The translations under genes and the position numbers were made by a program. From NCBI GenBank assembly GCA_051362555.1, contig CM120641.1:31440401-31504400 (forward strand): a stretch of DNA of 64,000 nucleotides. Reading direction: 5' to 3'. A model generated the notes under the pieces. The model was not told the origin of the DNA. It saw only the letters and a list, made by a program, of their open reading frames with translations, and searched no databases. This document shows, in pieces, positions 49,876-63,810 of this stretch. The number at the start of each line of letters is the position of its first letter. Position 1 is the stretch's first letter. The DNA comes from Lingula anatina (taxonomy: Eukaryota; Animalia; Brachiopoda).

Positions 49876-52275
49876 TCAAGTGAGCGGATGTTCTATCAAG
49901 GCTTTGACACTATTCCAGTTATTGTTAATTTGAGTTTTCTTTTTGTCGGTCAGCAAGAAGTACAGGTCAATGTTGCGGTAAGACTTGATATATGAGCGGA
50001 CATTATTCCAATGAGGTATCTCATCTTTTGCTCTGCATTTAGTTATAAATTTCTTAATGAGCAATACGACGATATGAAGATCCGGTAGCCTGTTATCAAT
50101 GGCACCCAAAACTAACATTTCTATTTTTCTCTCAAGCTGTAACTCGTAATTTTGTTGAATACTCTGCAGCAGACATGTCCATATATTCTGGACATGAACA
50201 CATTCACATAATAAATGTTTTAATGTTTCGGCCTCAATTTGACAGAAGGTGCATATCTGTGACTCACTCAACTTCATTTTTTCCAACCGATAATTATTAA
50301 ATAGATACCATGATTGATCTTGAACTGTAATGTTTGTAAGCTCGCATCTTGAGTATACGTAAAAGGTGCAGTGTAAATCAGAGCCCACGTCTCTTCTCCG
50401 AGTAAGGCCCCAATTCTTGTTTCCCAGTACCTGTTAGCCCTATTTAAGGATGGGTTGCTCTTTTTTAAGAGCATGTTATAAAAAACTTTGTTATCTTATC
50501 TTTTGATTTGAGTATTTTTATGTTATCATTCAAAATCCCGTCAATATTTTTCCCATACTCTTTTATGACTGAGCGCCAATCTCCTGGAATTGACTTTTTC
50601 AGCCCCAGATATTGAAGAAAGCTGAAGTTAGCGCTATATTTTTGGTTGAATTATTCTAATGCGCAAAGTTCCCCCCTAGCGTTCACAATATCAGAAATAA
50701 AGTAAACCCCTTTCTTACACCAATTCTTAAAACAGAAGCTTTTACCTTCAATTATTAATTTTTCATTGTACCATAGAGGCTGTGATAAAATATCCTGATG
50801 GCTGTTTCGCAATTGACCTTTAAACTTGACCAAGCATTTATAACTCTTTGCCAAAAAGGGTTGAATATATTCTTATTTAAACATAGGCCATGTCTTGTGA
50901 GGAACCAAAATTTATTTCTGCCCAGTATTTTTAAGTATTCCATACATAATACTTTCTATTTGTGCTTATTGTTTTCGATAAATAATTTTTGTACCCATGC
51001 GAGTTTAAGCGCTCTTGAAAAAGACTTGAAGTCGGGGACTCTTAGTACGCCGTCTATACATGTATAGTCTTGCCTCATTCTGACTCTTTTGATCTTGTCG
51101 ACTGGACTTCCCCATATAAATTTGAACGTAATTTTATCGATTTCTTTAAAAAATCGTTCTCCTGGTTCGGGGAGCACCGTGAATACCTGAACAAGGATTG
51201 GGAGGGCTAGGGATTTAATAACTGTTATTTTGCCCATTAAGGAAAGTGATCTAAATGACCAATCATTTAAAAGATTTTCATACTTTTCCAATTTTTCTTT
51301 GAAGTTTTCCTCGTAGAAATCAATTTTTGATAAATTATACTTGACTCCCAAAAGCTTAAACTTGCCTCTAGTATTCCATTTTATTTTAACGTTTGTTTTA
51401 ATTGTTCCTTACTGCCCCTTTTGGAACCAATCCAAATAGCTTCGGTCTTTTCAAAATTAGCCTTCAAACTGGAGCATTCAGCAAAGAGGGTAATTATTTT
51501 GATTGCTTTATTTAGTGACAATTCGTCGTCGCTGAGCATTAGAGTAGTGTCATCCGCGTAGTGGCAAACTAAGTACTCAACATAATTTACAATTATGCCT
51601 TTTATGTCCCTATCATACTTCAAAGCCGAGCTGAATAATTCTAGTGCTGTCGCCCTGTCGAATGCCTCTCTTAATCTAAAGATTCGGAGAGATGGCCATT
51701 ATTTTGTACCGTGCTAGTGATTCCCGAGTAAAGGTTTTAAACCACCTTACGATATTTCTTCCAAAATTGAAAAAGACCAAACTTTTCTCGATAAAACTCC
51801 ATTCCAAGGAGTCAAAAGCTTTCTCCATGTCTAGTAGTAGCAAGATACCAGGGATGTTGTCATTTTCTGTTTTCTCTATTATATCAAATACAAGACGCGT
51901 ACACTCACCAATGTATCTCCCCTTCATGAAACCTGATTGAGTGTCACTTATAATGTGCTTGAGTTTTGGTTTAATTTTTTTCGCTATAGTTTATAGTCCA
52001 CATTTAAAAGTGATATGGGTCTCCAGTTTTTTATGTAGTTTTTGGATTTTCCTTCTTTTGGTAACATTCTATAAGCCCTTGTTTTTGACTTACTGACATA
52101 GTTTGTATTTGAAAAGAATAATTAAAAGAGCGTAGAAGGTAATGTCTGATATCAGCCCAGAAAAATTTGTAAAATTCAACAGTAAATCCATCTATTCTTG
52201 GAGATTTGCCATTATTAATTTGTTTTAAGGCAGACAGGCACTCTATCTGAGTGATTTTAGTATCAACCTCCTCCA
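49876..52275 (-). mobile_element. Decayed, 5'-truncated L1/Tx1-clade LINE (ORF2 RT to C-terminal zinc finger)
   Basis: Consecutive minus-strand fragments GFMKGRYIGE, LLLDMEKAFDSLEW, HYADD, LSLMGKITVIKSL, PLWYN and CTFC…ETLKHLLCEC, with many frameshifts. The 3' UTR may extend to the AATAAA at 49119-49124. Confidence 0.9.
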
Positions 52276-52684
52276 GTCTGGTAGTTAGGTAGGCCTAGTA
52301 TAGTATATGTTAGATTCACGACATTAACTCTTTAACTAAAATAGCTTTCCAAAACTATCCATGAATTATTACTTGAATAACATCTTTACTCCCCTAGCCC
52401 CGTAAGCGTCTCACGTTGTCTTCACTAACACAATTGGGTGGTTTTTGTGGAGGCCGTCACAATCATGGTTGAGACAGCGTCATAAACCAGACACCGCAGG
52501 CTGTGGCACATTTTTCTTATGAACAAAGGTTGTTCACTTAAAATATTCTTCACAGTGGCAGATAGATTAGCTAAAAAAGGAGAATGAAAAATAGTTAAAG
52601 GCAAATACGAGTAAAGTAGATTTAGCAAAGACGTTGAAAAATAATCACTTCGTTTGAAAGCAGGAGCTGCCAGGCCTTATAAAC

Positions 52685-54136
52685 TACGTACCTATACTCC
52701 CCCGCACCGATACTCCCCCGCACCGATACTCCCCCACTTCTTTACATCCCCGCACCGATACTCCCCCGCACCGATACTCCCCCGCTTCTTTACATCCCTG
52801 CACCGATACTCCCTCGCACCGATACTCCCCCGCTTCTTTACATCCCCGCACCGATACTCCCCCGCACTGATACTCCCGCGTACCGATACTCCGCAAAAAC
52901 ACTACTCCCCCAAGGCATAGATTCCCTTGGTTTTGTAAACCCCATTCGTAATTTACGACACTTTCTGTAATGCTTTTTTTTCAAGATGCACCACCCTCTT
53001 GGGACCCAGAATTGACAAATTTTATTCGAAATATATTGGGAAAAATAAAGAACGTTACACGAAGTCAATCTCAGACTTAGTGTGCAGCTTGACAGTACGT
53101 AGGTCTACAGCTCTTCCTTGTGATTTTTGAGAAATGTTTTTGCAAAATTAATTTCGTTCTCCTACTGTACTCAGTAGTTTTTTTATTAACTTAAGGCAAA
53201 GTTAGTTTTAATCTAAGATAACGCAGCTATGTTTTTTTTTCAGGCAACGATGAATTCGTAAAATTATTAATTAAGTAATAAAAAAGAAGTGCTAAAGCGC
53301 TTCGTTTTCTGTCTTTTTCCTCCAACCTTCTCTTCTGCTCTTTAAGCTTCTTTCCCTTGTCTTTTGAATCTGAATTAGATAAGAATCTGAATTGAGCAAA
53401 ATTCAAAATTTTTTAAAATTGTTGCACAACGAAATTGTCGAGACACGAGCATGCGTCGTGAGCACGCCTTTTATACTCGCAGTCCCGTCGTGTTTTCGAT
53501 TTTGTTCGTTATAGATGTGAGGGCGTGCGCCGTACTCAACACGCAAAGGGCTCTTTCTCCTTCATTTCTTGCGGCGTGCATCTTGGACCAGGCAAGTCTC
53601 ACTTGCAAACCAATCGCAAACTCCTTAGAAAGGGGGCAAATTACGCTTACGGCCTCGCTGTTCGCAGATTATTCGTAGAATCTATTGGAAATGTTCAATA
53701 TCCTCCGTACGTGCTTACATACGTGCGAACTCGAAATTTCGCATAAAGGACTTGCGTGGTACATGAGATTCTCCGCAAAATTTGGACTTAAACGGGTCGT
53801 AGATTTTGATCCACTTACCTAGACTGACCCTAACCTGTATAATTAAATGGAGGGTTGACTCTGTTACTCGATCCTCAGTTTCGGCAAAATCGCATAGGGG
53901 GAGTAATGATGAGGGGGAGTATCGGTGCGGGGAAACAACAACGCCGGGGAGTATTGGTGCGGGGGAGTAACGGTGCGCGTATAACGGCAATTTTACAGGG
54001 GGTTTATCGATGCGGGGATCTATCGGTGTGGGGGCGTATCGATGTGCATAATGCAAAAATTTACTAAGGGGGAGTATCGGTGCGGGGGAGTATCGGTGCG
54101 GGGGAGTAACGGTGCGGGGGAGTATCGGCATGACCC
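52685..54136. mobile_element. Non-autonomous Mutator/MULE-like element with 17-bp subterminal tandem repeats
   Basis: (gcaccgatactccccc)n at 52695-52895, mirrored by (gggggagtatcggtgc)n at 53895-54130, with a 9-bp direct repeat cttataaac at 52676-52684 and 54137-54145. The superfamily is inferred from TSD length. Confidence 0.75.
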
Positions 54137-54295
54137 CTTATAAACGGATTCTAGGCGTTTACTAAACCTACCCGCAGATCTTTTAGCTCTAACACCCATC
54201 TAAACCACACAACCCGCGAATTAACCAGCACACTGTAAATGTGTTTACCACTGCGCTCTTCCGTTTGGTTTTAAATACAACAAAACCAGCCTTCA

Positions 54296-54333
54296 GTGTG
54301 TGTGTGTGTGTGTGTGTGTGCGTGTGCGTGTGT
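54296..54333. repeat. (TG)n microsatellite
   Basis: Direct read. Confidence 0.95.
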
Positions 54334-55893
54334 GCTGTAACACTCTCCTGACACATCTACTGACACTTTGTCCCACTAAATTTTTCATCTACCCTTCAGT
54401 ACAAGTAATGGCCTTTAATTTTAAGTTTAAATAGCATGTCATCACTGCCCATGACTTATTTAGTCAGTGAAATTTCATTTTCCTATACAAATATCTCGTA
54501 CATCTCTACATATATCTCAGAGAAATATTTTCAGTCCTTAATTTTGCTCTTCATTTATTGCAATGGAATGAGCATCCGCCTGTGTTTGTATGCAGTCGTA
54601 AAGATTTTTACGTCAAGGGGCATTGAACGGGTAAAGAGCGGCGAACGTGTTCTGGCGCCGGCATTGACGCCGGCATTGCATATGGACCACTTGATTTCCG
54701 TATTTTGACCATGTCATGTCGTACACACATCTCATTAAAAATATTAATATGGCATTGGCGTCAGATGTAAGGTTTTAGTACAACGTTATGTATCGTTGGT
54801 CGTATATATATTTTGTGCGTACTGTTCCTGAAGTCTGTGGTCGCCTTTGTTATGTTTACCGAAGAACTCATCATCGATTCACGTAGACAGATTATGGAAA
54901 AATTAAATCAATTAAAAAGATAAATATATACCCAAATGATCAGAGTGAAATAAACTGCAGATGTTCTGTTAATCTTTTCTATTTATTAAGCACGTATTAA
55001 ATAGGGCCTAAGAATCTTTAACATATGACTCGAATTTTAAAGTTTGTCCACATCAACCTTTTTTCGACAAACTATTACCAGATACACAATATTTCAAAGA
55101 GTTAATATGTATGACTTCTCCCTCAGTATTCCCCCTTCGTTACATTGTTTCCTGTGTCTTTACTGTTATAATGATATACTCGGGTCTTGATGTTACGTGT
55201 AAACATTGTTGAGTATCTGTGCTACTTTTAATACTACTAGTGTATGTTTACGCATCAAAAAGTACATGTAAATACGTGGAAAAATAATTATATAAAGTAG
55301 ATAAAAAAACTATTAATGTACGTAATTACTATATTAAAATGATCTTGATTCTTTCTCATGTGAAATTTAAATGAGATTACATTACAGTACAATCTACTCA
55401 ATGGGTTAAGTTTTAAATACGAATAAAACGGAAGTGAGCAAGTGCATGGTAGCCTGTGGGATCTATACTACCGTGAATTACTTTGTAGGGCGAAAAGAGG
55501 CAAGAATTAAGATAGGGCGGATAAAGATTATATAGGAACATGTTTTGGAATAGCGACCGTACGTGTCCCTCTTACAGGAATGTTGTCTTAGCCACAGAGT
55601 CTCTGACACAACCAGGCGTCTTTAATCCTCTTACCTGCTGGAATATTGTTTGTTGTTCAGAGAAAACGAAGTCCAAGTGAAATTTACTCAGGACGCCATG
55701 ACGGGAGGGAAAGAACTCGAAAGGTGGTCACGATCCTCATAGAAGAAACATGGCATTCAACGCGTCCTGCTCAAAGACGGACAGCTTGTACCGCAATGAG
55801 CACGGCTTGTATCGGTGTACAGCTTGTTGCAGGATTTTCTCGTTACTGGGACAAGTTCGGGAGCGCAAATTTTCTATGAAGGTGGATAATTAA

Positions 55894-56229
55894 AGGGATA
55901 GTAACTGTTTGTTTTGGCCTAAAAATGAATTTTCCCGGAGTAAACAATAATTTCCCCATACTTAGCAATGGTTAACAAATCCATTTCTACATTCAAAGTT
56001 AGTCCCTGGTTTTATTCTAAAAAGTTTGGTTTTATGTTATAATCTCTTAAGAGATTATTACAGAGTATAGCCATCTATGGAGGTCACGTGGTCTGATGAC
56101 AAGATCAGATATCAGATTAATAGTTATAACTGCCGTTTTTGTGGTAAAACAGAATAATTATATTTCTATGGGTTGTTTATAATGTTTTTATTGTAAAATA
56201 TAGATCTCATACGAAGATTTATTATCCCT
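55894..56229. mobile_element. Kolobok-like non-autonomous DNA transposon
   Basis: ttaa|agggatagtaac … attatccct|ttaa (TTAA TSD, AGGG/CCCT ends). The body is similar to 63584-63800. Confidence 0.65.
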
Positions 56230-56903
56230 TTAAACAGTTGTGTCCTTATGTCAGGCTGTGTCCTTATGTTGGCGTTCCTGGTTAATATACGCGAGGGTAC
56301 ACTTCATCCATGTTGAAGGGTATCAATACACGCACTCAAGCACATCCGAAACTCAATTTTCACAAATTACCTCACACATTTATCTGTTGCCATATTTGAC
56401 CCCCCCCCACCCACCCACACACACACAACCCACACCGGACACTTCCCTCATAACACTGGATATTTTGTTGAAGGCTGGTTTAATCACATTGCCTTTTAAT
56501 CTACCGTACAGTATATATGTAAGTTTCAAGATATTTACTCTTAAACTAAAATAGTTTTCCAACAGTACCCATGAATTATTATTTCATTACTTTAAGAACA
56601 TCTCCCCCCTCCCCCCACCTGTCTAGCGTTATGCCTTCACTGAGGAAAGACCAGCTACTTATGACTATAGAAATAGGAAGTGTGAATGAGAGCGTGATGA
56701 TCGATGTTGTCTGTGTGGGAGGAGAACATGTATGTAAGTCTTGGTGTGTGTGGCTCCAGTCTGAGTTAAGATATTTTCAGTTTGGAATTTTCTCATCTAT
56801 GTATCTACATAACTACATATATATCATCTTAAGTTTCCTCCGAAGTCCAATGCAGAAATAGGAAAATGTATAATAGTAATTTTGTTAGCATAACAAATCT
56901 GAA

Positions 56904-57938
56904 ATGAGTATTCAAATCCTGAGCTTGAACTGCAGAGGCCTAGGGGGGATGCAAAAAAGGAGAGATGTCTTGAATTACTTAAAACTAAAACAATTCTCTA
57001 TTTATTTTATTCAAGATACACATTTCACAAAAAAAGATAACAGTATAATTCGTTCTCTATGGGGCTACGAAACTTTCTCCTGTCCAGGTATTGTAAAAAT
57101 ACAATACGCCGCTTCACCGTACGATAGGCAAAAAATACACCTGATTAAAAATGATGAATTGGAACTCCAAGTAGATGATCAAACATTTTTTGAACTGCTA
57201 TTGTTGCAAATTAGAGGATTCTCTATTTCATATGCTAGTGCAAAAAAGAAAGAAAATAAATGCAAATTGACAAAAATTCAATCAAAAATATCTGAATTAC
57301 AAATTGAAATTAGCACTTATTATTCTGCATCGTTAGATGAACAACTAAGGGCACTAAAACAAGAAGAGGAAAATTTGAGAAAAGAATATATTCAGGGGGT
57401 TATCGCCAGAGCTAGAATAAAATGGACAGAAGAGGGTGAAAAACCTACTAAGTACTTTCTCAGCCTAGAAAAAAGAAATTTTACTAATAAAATGGTAAGA
57501 AAGCTGGTATGCGAAAATGGAGACATCTTGACTAAGCAAGATCTTATTCTTACAGAAATAGAAAAATTCTATCGTGAACTGTACGCTTGTCATGACGACA
57601 CCATAGAGGACGTTGACTTGCATAGAATAATAGATAAGGAAAAAGTAAACATACTTGAAAAAAATCTGTCAGATAAACTGGAAGGTAAAATTACCAGTCA
57701 AAAAGCTCTTTTGGCGCTTAAAGGCATGAAAAACAAAAAATCTCCTGGCCCGGATGGATATACAATTGAATTCTTTAAAATTTTTTGGCAAGATGTCGGA
57801 GATTTCCTAGTACGTGCCCTAAATTATGGTTTTATGAAGGGGCAATTGTCCACCACCCAGGTGCAGGGGGTTATCACTATACTACCGAAAGGTGACAAAC
57901 CAAGAGAATTTCTGACCAACTGGAGGCTAATAGGTTAA
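56904..57938 (+). pseudogene. LINE ORF2 N-terminal fragment (endonuclease mostly deleted)
   Basis: About 62 aa of APE domain joined in frame to the linker region (DDQTFFELLLLQIRGFSISYA). The GDFN and SDH endonuclease motifs are absent. Confidence 0.85.
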
Positions 57939-60155
57939 AATCTGTTAAATAATAGTTATAAAATTCTTTTCTCGTGTATTGCTAATAGGTTAAAATCTGT
58001 TATGGAATTTTAAATTCACGAAAATCAGAAGGGCTTTTTAAAGGGGAGGTATATAGGAGAGAACATAAGAATTCTGTATAATGTTCTGCACTATACAAAA
58101 GTCAAAGAAATCCCAGGTATTATTTTACTTATTGATTTCCAAAAAGCTTTTGATAGCATATCCTGGTCTTTTATTTACAAAACATTAGAATTCTTTAATT
58201 TTAGAAATGACCTTATTAGGTGGATTAAAACTCTTTACAAAAATGCAGAACTGTGCGTCATACAGAATGGGATATTTTCCCGTTTTTTCAAAATAGGCAG
58301 AGGGTGTCGACAGGGTGACCCTGCATCCCCATATATATTTAATTTATGCGCAGAAATAATAGGTATTCTTATAAGACAGGAAAAAAACATTAGAGGAATT
58401 GGTATAGCAAGAGAAGAGATAAAATTACAGTGGTTTTTTTAGACGGCTCAGAGAAATCGCTAAAAAGTGCTCTAGACCTTTTGTTCCAGTTTTCCAAATA
58501 TTCTGGGTTAAAACCAAATATTTCTAAAACAAAAGCAGTATGGATTGGCTCAAAAATGAATAGCAAGGAAATTCTGTGTAGAAACGAAAAATTAGACTGG
58601 ACAAATGAACCTGTATCTGTTCTAGGTTTTACCTTTACAGCTGAACTTGATTGTATAGAAGAACGAAATTATAACATTAAGTTGGCTGTCATCAAAAAAG
58701 AGATTAATAACTGGTCAAAAAGGTATCTGTCCACCCTGGGAAAAATAACGGTGGTTAAATCACTACTGATACCAAAGTTTACCCATTTGTTTATGTCATT
58801 ACCAGGTCCCAGTGCCCAATGGATAAAAGAGTTAATCTCTATTCTTTTCAAATCCATTTGGCATAGGAAAAATGATAGGGTATCAAGAAAGACAATTATT
58901 CAAGACTTCGAAAATGGGGGCTGTAGAATGGTGCATTTGGAATCATATATTAAAGCCTTAAAATTAACTTGGATTCGCAGATTACTATCGAATACTAACC
59001 AATACGGAAGGATCTTTACCGAAATTACAAGTTGCGACACGACGTCGCTCTGTCAGTTTGGACCTGTATATGCGAAATAATGCGGGGAAACCACGACAAA
59101 TTTATTCTGGAAAGAATTATTTTCATATTACTCACGGTATGCTAGCGCAATACAGGAAAATGACCCACAAGATTTTCTGGATGCTCCATTGTGGTATAAT
59201 CCGAATATTTTAATGAAAACAAGGTCGTATTCTTAAAACCATTATATGAGAAAGGCTTCCAAGTGGTGCTCGACTTGCTTGATTCAAACGGCAACGTGCT
59301 TTCATATAGAGAAATCACGGATGCATACAAAATACGCCTCCCACTTACAAAATATTTTGGCCTAAGAAATGCCATCTATAATGCATTTCCCAATTTAAAA
59401 GGAATAACTGTTACACAGAAAACTTATAACCTGAAAATACCCAAACCGCTTATGATAATATGGAAAAACAAAAAAGGCTGTAAAGTGATTTATGATACGT
59501 TTATAAAAAAACTGTACGAAACCCCTAAAAATGAAATAAAATGGGAAAGGTTCTTTAATAAAGCAATAACATGGAATCTTATCTACAATCGTCTCCTGAC
59601 ATATATAAAAGAATCCAAACTCAGATGGTTTAACTTTAGATGTATTCATAGAATTCTAGGGACAAAATACTTACTGTTCAAATATAAAATAGCGGATAAT
59701 CCTCATTGCAATTTATGTAGCACAAGGATGGAAACAACTGAACATCTATTCATAGACTGTAATCTCGCAAAAAATTTGTGGAAGCAAATTGAAAACTGGT
59801 TTAGGGAAGAAAAGGGAGCCAATATTCATATTTCTGCATCGGATATTATCCTCGGAAATAATGATGAGAAATTGAATTCATTGATTTCCCAGGTAAAATA
59901 TTACATTTACAGTAAATCAAAAAATGGGGGACATCTGTCCTTTAGGGACATAGAATGCTATCTGTGTTAGAGAAAAAATGCTGTGCTTATCAATATCTTA
60001 TTTACTAATGAAAATGATGAGCCATCAGTAGTAGTTATAAGTGTCTGTGTGTGTGAGTGTGTGAGAGAGAAGTAAGTGTGAGGTAAAAAAGGATCATTGT
60101 ATTCTGTAATTAACATTACCTATAAGTTCAATAAAAAAATAATAATAATAATAAT
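56904..60155 (+). mobile_element. Decayed L1/Tx1-clade LINE ORF2 with 3' tail
   Basis: APE start ILSLNCRGL…FIQDTH, then EGEKPTKYF, KSPGPDGYTIEFFKIFW, DFQKAFDS, GCRQGDPASP, LGKITVVKSL and zinc finger CNLC…EHLFIDC. AATAAA at 60130 followed by an A/(TAA)n tail. Several stops and frameshifts. Confidence 0.93.
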
Positions 60156-60226
60156 AGCGATTCTTATTTAAAGGTATTTGGGACGTCAGGCAAGAAGCCA
60201 GCACTTAACTTTAATTTACAATAAAT

Positions 60227-61480
60227 CATCATCATCATCATCATTTAGAGCCTATAGTGTTCCACTGTTGGACAAAGGCCTCAGCATGCTTTTTCCATTG
60301 TTTCCTATCCTGAGCCTCAGATTTCCAGTTTGGCCAAGGTTTCTTCTTCCAAGACTTCCAGTAGTCATCTAATTCATTCCTCCATTGTTTGACCGGCCTT
60401 CCTCTTTTTCTTTGTCCATGCCTTGGGGTCCATTCTGTAAGCCTGATTGTCCACCTATTGTCCTTCTTTCTTTTGACATGTCCTGCCCACCTCCATTTCA
60501 TTTCTTTAACTGTGAGCAGTACGTCCTTAACTTTGGTCTGTTTACGTAACCATACATTCATTTTCCGCTCTCTTGGATTGATGTTCAACATAATTCTTTC
60601 CATCTTTCTCTGAGCTACTTGTAGCTTGTGTTCCATGGAGGCATTCAGTGCCCAGGTCTCTGAACCATAGGTGATTGCCGGCAGCACACAAGCATTGAAC
60701 ACTTTCTTTTTCAGGCAGGTAGGAAGGTTGCTCTTGAAGATGTCATTGTGCTTCCCATATGCTGCCCATCCTGCTTTTATCCTTCGTAGGATTTCTTTCT
60801 CCAGTGTTCGATCACTTAGGCTAAACCGTTGCCCAAGGTATATATACTCTTCCACTGCTTCTATCTCTTTGGTGTTGACTTTCACTGTGCAAGGGGTGGT
60901 TAGTGGTCCAAACATCACCTTTGTCTTGCTGGTGTTCATCTTTAGCCCACTTTTTGCGCTTTCATCTGCTAACGCCTGTAGCATTTCTTCTAGGTCTTTT
61001 GCATCATCTGCTACTATTATGATGTCGTCTGCAAACCTAAGGTGATTGAGCCTGGTACCGTCTATGTTTATGCCCTTGTCTTGCCAGTCTAGATCCCTGA
61101 ATATACGTTCAAATGCTGCTGTGAACAGTTTAGGAGAGATTGTATCTCCTTGGCGTACACCTTTCTTGATCCTGATCTTATTGGTGGTCTTGTGTAGTTT
61201 GACTGATACAGAGCTATCGGTGTATATGTCTCTGAGGACGTCCATCTTCGATCCCTAGATCTTGCAGGGATGCCAGTATATACTGGGTTTCTACTGAGTC
61301 GAAGGCTTTTTCATAATCAACGAATGCTACACATAGTGGAATGTTATACTCGAGACATATCTCTTTGCGCTGGTTGACAGTGTGCATATGATCAGTAGTG
61401 GTGTACTGGCCTCTGAAACCTGCTTGTTCCTTTGGCTGCGCTTCATCTAGTTGTCTTGTTAGCCTTTCGGTCAATATTCC
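60227..61480 (-). mobile_element. 5'-truncated RTE-clade LINE
   Basis: RT motifs EQAGFR, FVDYEKAFDSV, GVRQGDTISPKLF, LRFADD, YIYLG, LPAITYGSETW and KWRWAGHV. (TGA)n 3' tail and a perfect 14-bp TSD aatttacaataaat at 60213-60226 and 61481-61494. Confidence 0.96.
60241..61245 (-). pseudogene. RTE reverse transcriptase, C-terminal 334 aa (one frameshift from 61214-61474)
   Basis: LRFADD core and RTE-type C-terminus RKRGRPVKQWRNEL. Confidence 0.92.
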
Positions 61481-63583
61481 AATTTACAATAAATGAAGCA
61501 CTTTAATAATCATTTTATTCCAATACACCAATATTTGACTTCTGGTTTAGGTTTAAAATTTCTAAAGTAAATTCTTTTTCTAAATTTATTTTATTAAACT
61601 TTTACGTTTAATAATTAATCTTAAAAGAAATAAACTATACATGGTACAAACATTTAACTATAGTCAAATACATAAACACTCATGCTCACATATCCTACCA
61701 TACTGCTCAATTACTGACAACTTCACTTTCGCCTTTATATTCCAGTATGTTTGTGTTTAAATACAATAGATATATAGCTCAACCTGCTGGGAATTCACAT
61801 GAAAAGTAAATTTACTTTTGACAAAGACGGTGCTTTTTTGATCACTTGCAACTTTTAAAGACAATGATCCCGTTTTAATTAACTTTTAAACATGTATTAT
61901 TGAAAGTATTTGAGCATCTGGTATTTCAAGCCTACAGTGGAGGAACGTCAAAAACATCTCAGTGTTATTAACACCGCCAGTACAATAATTGGGAGAGATC
62001 TCCCCCAACTGGCAATATTAGACTTCTGATTTTCAAGGGCAGTAAACGTTTTAAAGTAGTTTTGTCTCTGTATCTAATATTAATTTCACTTGTAAGCCTA
62101 GCTTATAAATATTATAATATTCAGTTTTTTTAGTTTTATGTCTCAAATAAAAACAACTTCCGACATTTATATTTCAATATTTTTTATTGGCTGAATTTAT
62201 TTTTTATCTTATTTCACTAATTAGAAAAAAAAAAAAGATAAACATAAAACGCCCTAAGCTGGACTTTTAGGAAATGACCAAACAAAATCCATCAAACGGC
62301 CCTACTGTTAGAGATCTCAGTAATTTATTGGTAGACATATTGTCCACAGCTGCCGCAAGCTTAAAATTTCTTTCCTGGAAAGTAGATGATGTAAAGAATA
62401 GTACTTTTCTCAAGATAGAACTCAGTCTCATGTTTTCCAAATGTGTCCGGAATCTAATCCGCGAAGCAGGCGACCACTGTACCCCTAAACCACAGAGACG
62501 TACACTTAAGCTATAGGCATGACGAGATGGGCCTCAAACTCTCTATCCCCCCCTCGACCCACCCTCAGTAATACCACCCTGGTAGTCATACACTTTTCTA
62601 CAAGTGTGTGCAAACATTTCCTTTATTTCGAAAAAGTTGCAAATACAAATTTTATGAAAAGTAACAATCTGCAGATTCGTTTAAATTACACATCTCGTTC
62701 CCATGGCTTGCTACTTACAGATGCCTGTGATGAGTTTAATTACTGGCTAAGAGACAGTAGTTTGACATGTTCAGTAACATATGATCAATGTATTCTACGT
62801 AAGGATTATTAAACATGTATTTTTCGAAATAGAATATATATTTTCTTTACTTAGACTTAAGAAATAAGCATTAAAATGTGCAGTACAATACAAATCACTT
62901 CTCACATATACATATCTCAAAAACATATGCATACATACATATCTGTATACCTACCATGCCACTTTATTGCGTGTAACTTCTGTATAAAATAAATACATAT
63001 AAAGACAAGCAAATAATTATTTTTTAGTTCAGAAAACATTTGATGTCCCTGGATTATGAATGCCCTCCATTTTTTGATTTTCTGTAAATGTATTATTTTA
63101 CCTGAGAAATTAGTAGATTTTTTTATCATCATTTCTGAAAATAATATCTGATGCATAAATCTGAACATTGGCTTCCTTTTCTTCCCTAATCCAGTTTTCG
63201 AGTTTTTCACAACATCAATATGATATGTATATTATATTTCATTCTAAAGAATTAAACGCATTAGACTTCACTTGATTTCGATTGACGTAAAGTTTAGTAG
63301 GTGTGCCAGATATCTAAGCTGCTTAATCTGAACTAAAACTTAGTGAGAATTCCCTCGGAGATGGGTGGATCCTGCTAGATTGATCTAGGTATGGGAATGG
63401 GTCTAAGTTAATCTACTGGTTAATACTTGTATTTGATGAACTAGGAAGGTGGGCTCTCAGGCTGCTTTTCTGTTCATGAATCTGGAAAAATTTCACAATA
63501 TTCCTTCAGAAGATACCCATTGCTTTAATTGATCAATATGTCTTGAAATAAAAATATTATTACACTGTAAAAGAATATGTTAA

Positions 63584-63810
63584 AGTCATAATAACTCTTC
63601 GTTTTGGCCAAAAATTGGATTTTCCTGGAGTAAACGGCAATTTTCCTGTACTCACCAATGGTCAGCGACCCCATTCCTGCATTCAAAGTTAATCCAGGGT
63701 TTTTTTCCCAAACGTACGGTTTTTTGTTAAGATCTCTTAAGTGATTTTAACTGACGGAGCCCTCTCTAACATAGCATATCGAGCGGGGTTTTCTGATGAC
63801 CTACTTAAAA
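63584..63810. mobile_element. Second, diverged copy of the Kolobok-like element
   Basis: Starts ttaa|agtcataataac. ttttggccaaaaattggattttcctggagtaaac…cattcaaagtta…atctcttaag aligns with 55912-56050. The right end was not located. Confidence 0.55.

Noticed and set aside
52654-54131. Repetitive proline/glycine-rich ORFs
   Set aside because: They are translations of the 17-bp subterminal repeats of a DNA transposon.
62270-62500. Very decayed Tc1/mariner transposase C-terminus on the minus strand (QWSPAS… resembling WPxxSPDL)
   Set aside because: Too degenerate to support by eye and no TIRs were found; it needs a translated HMM search.
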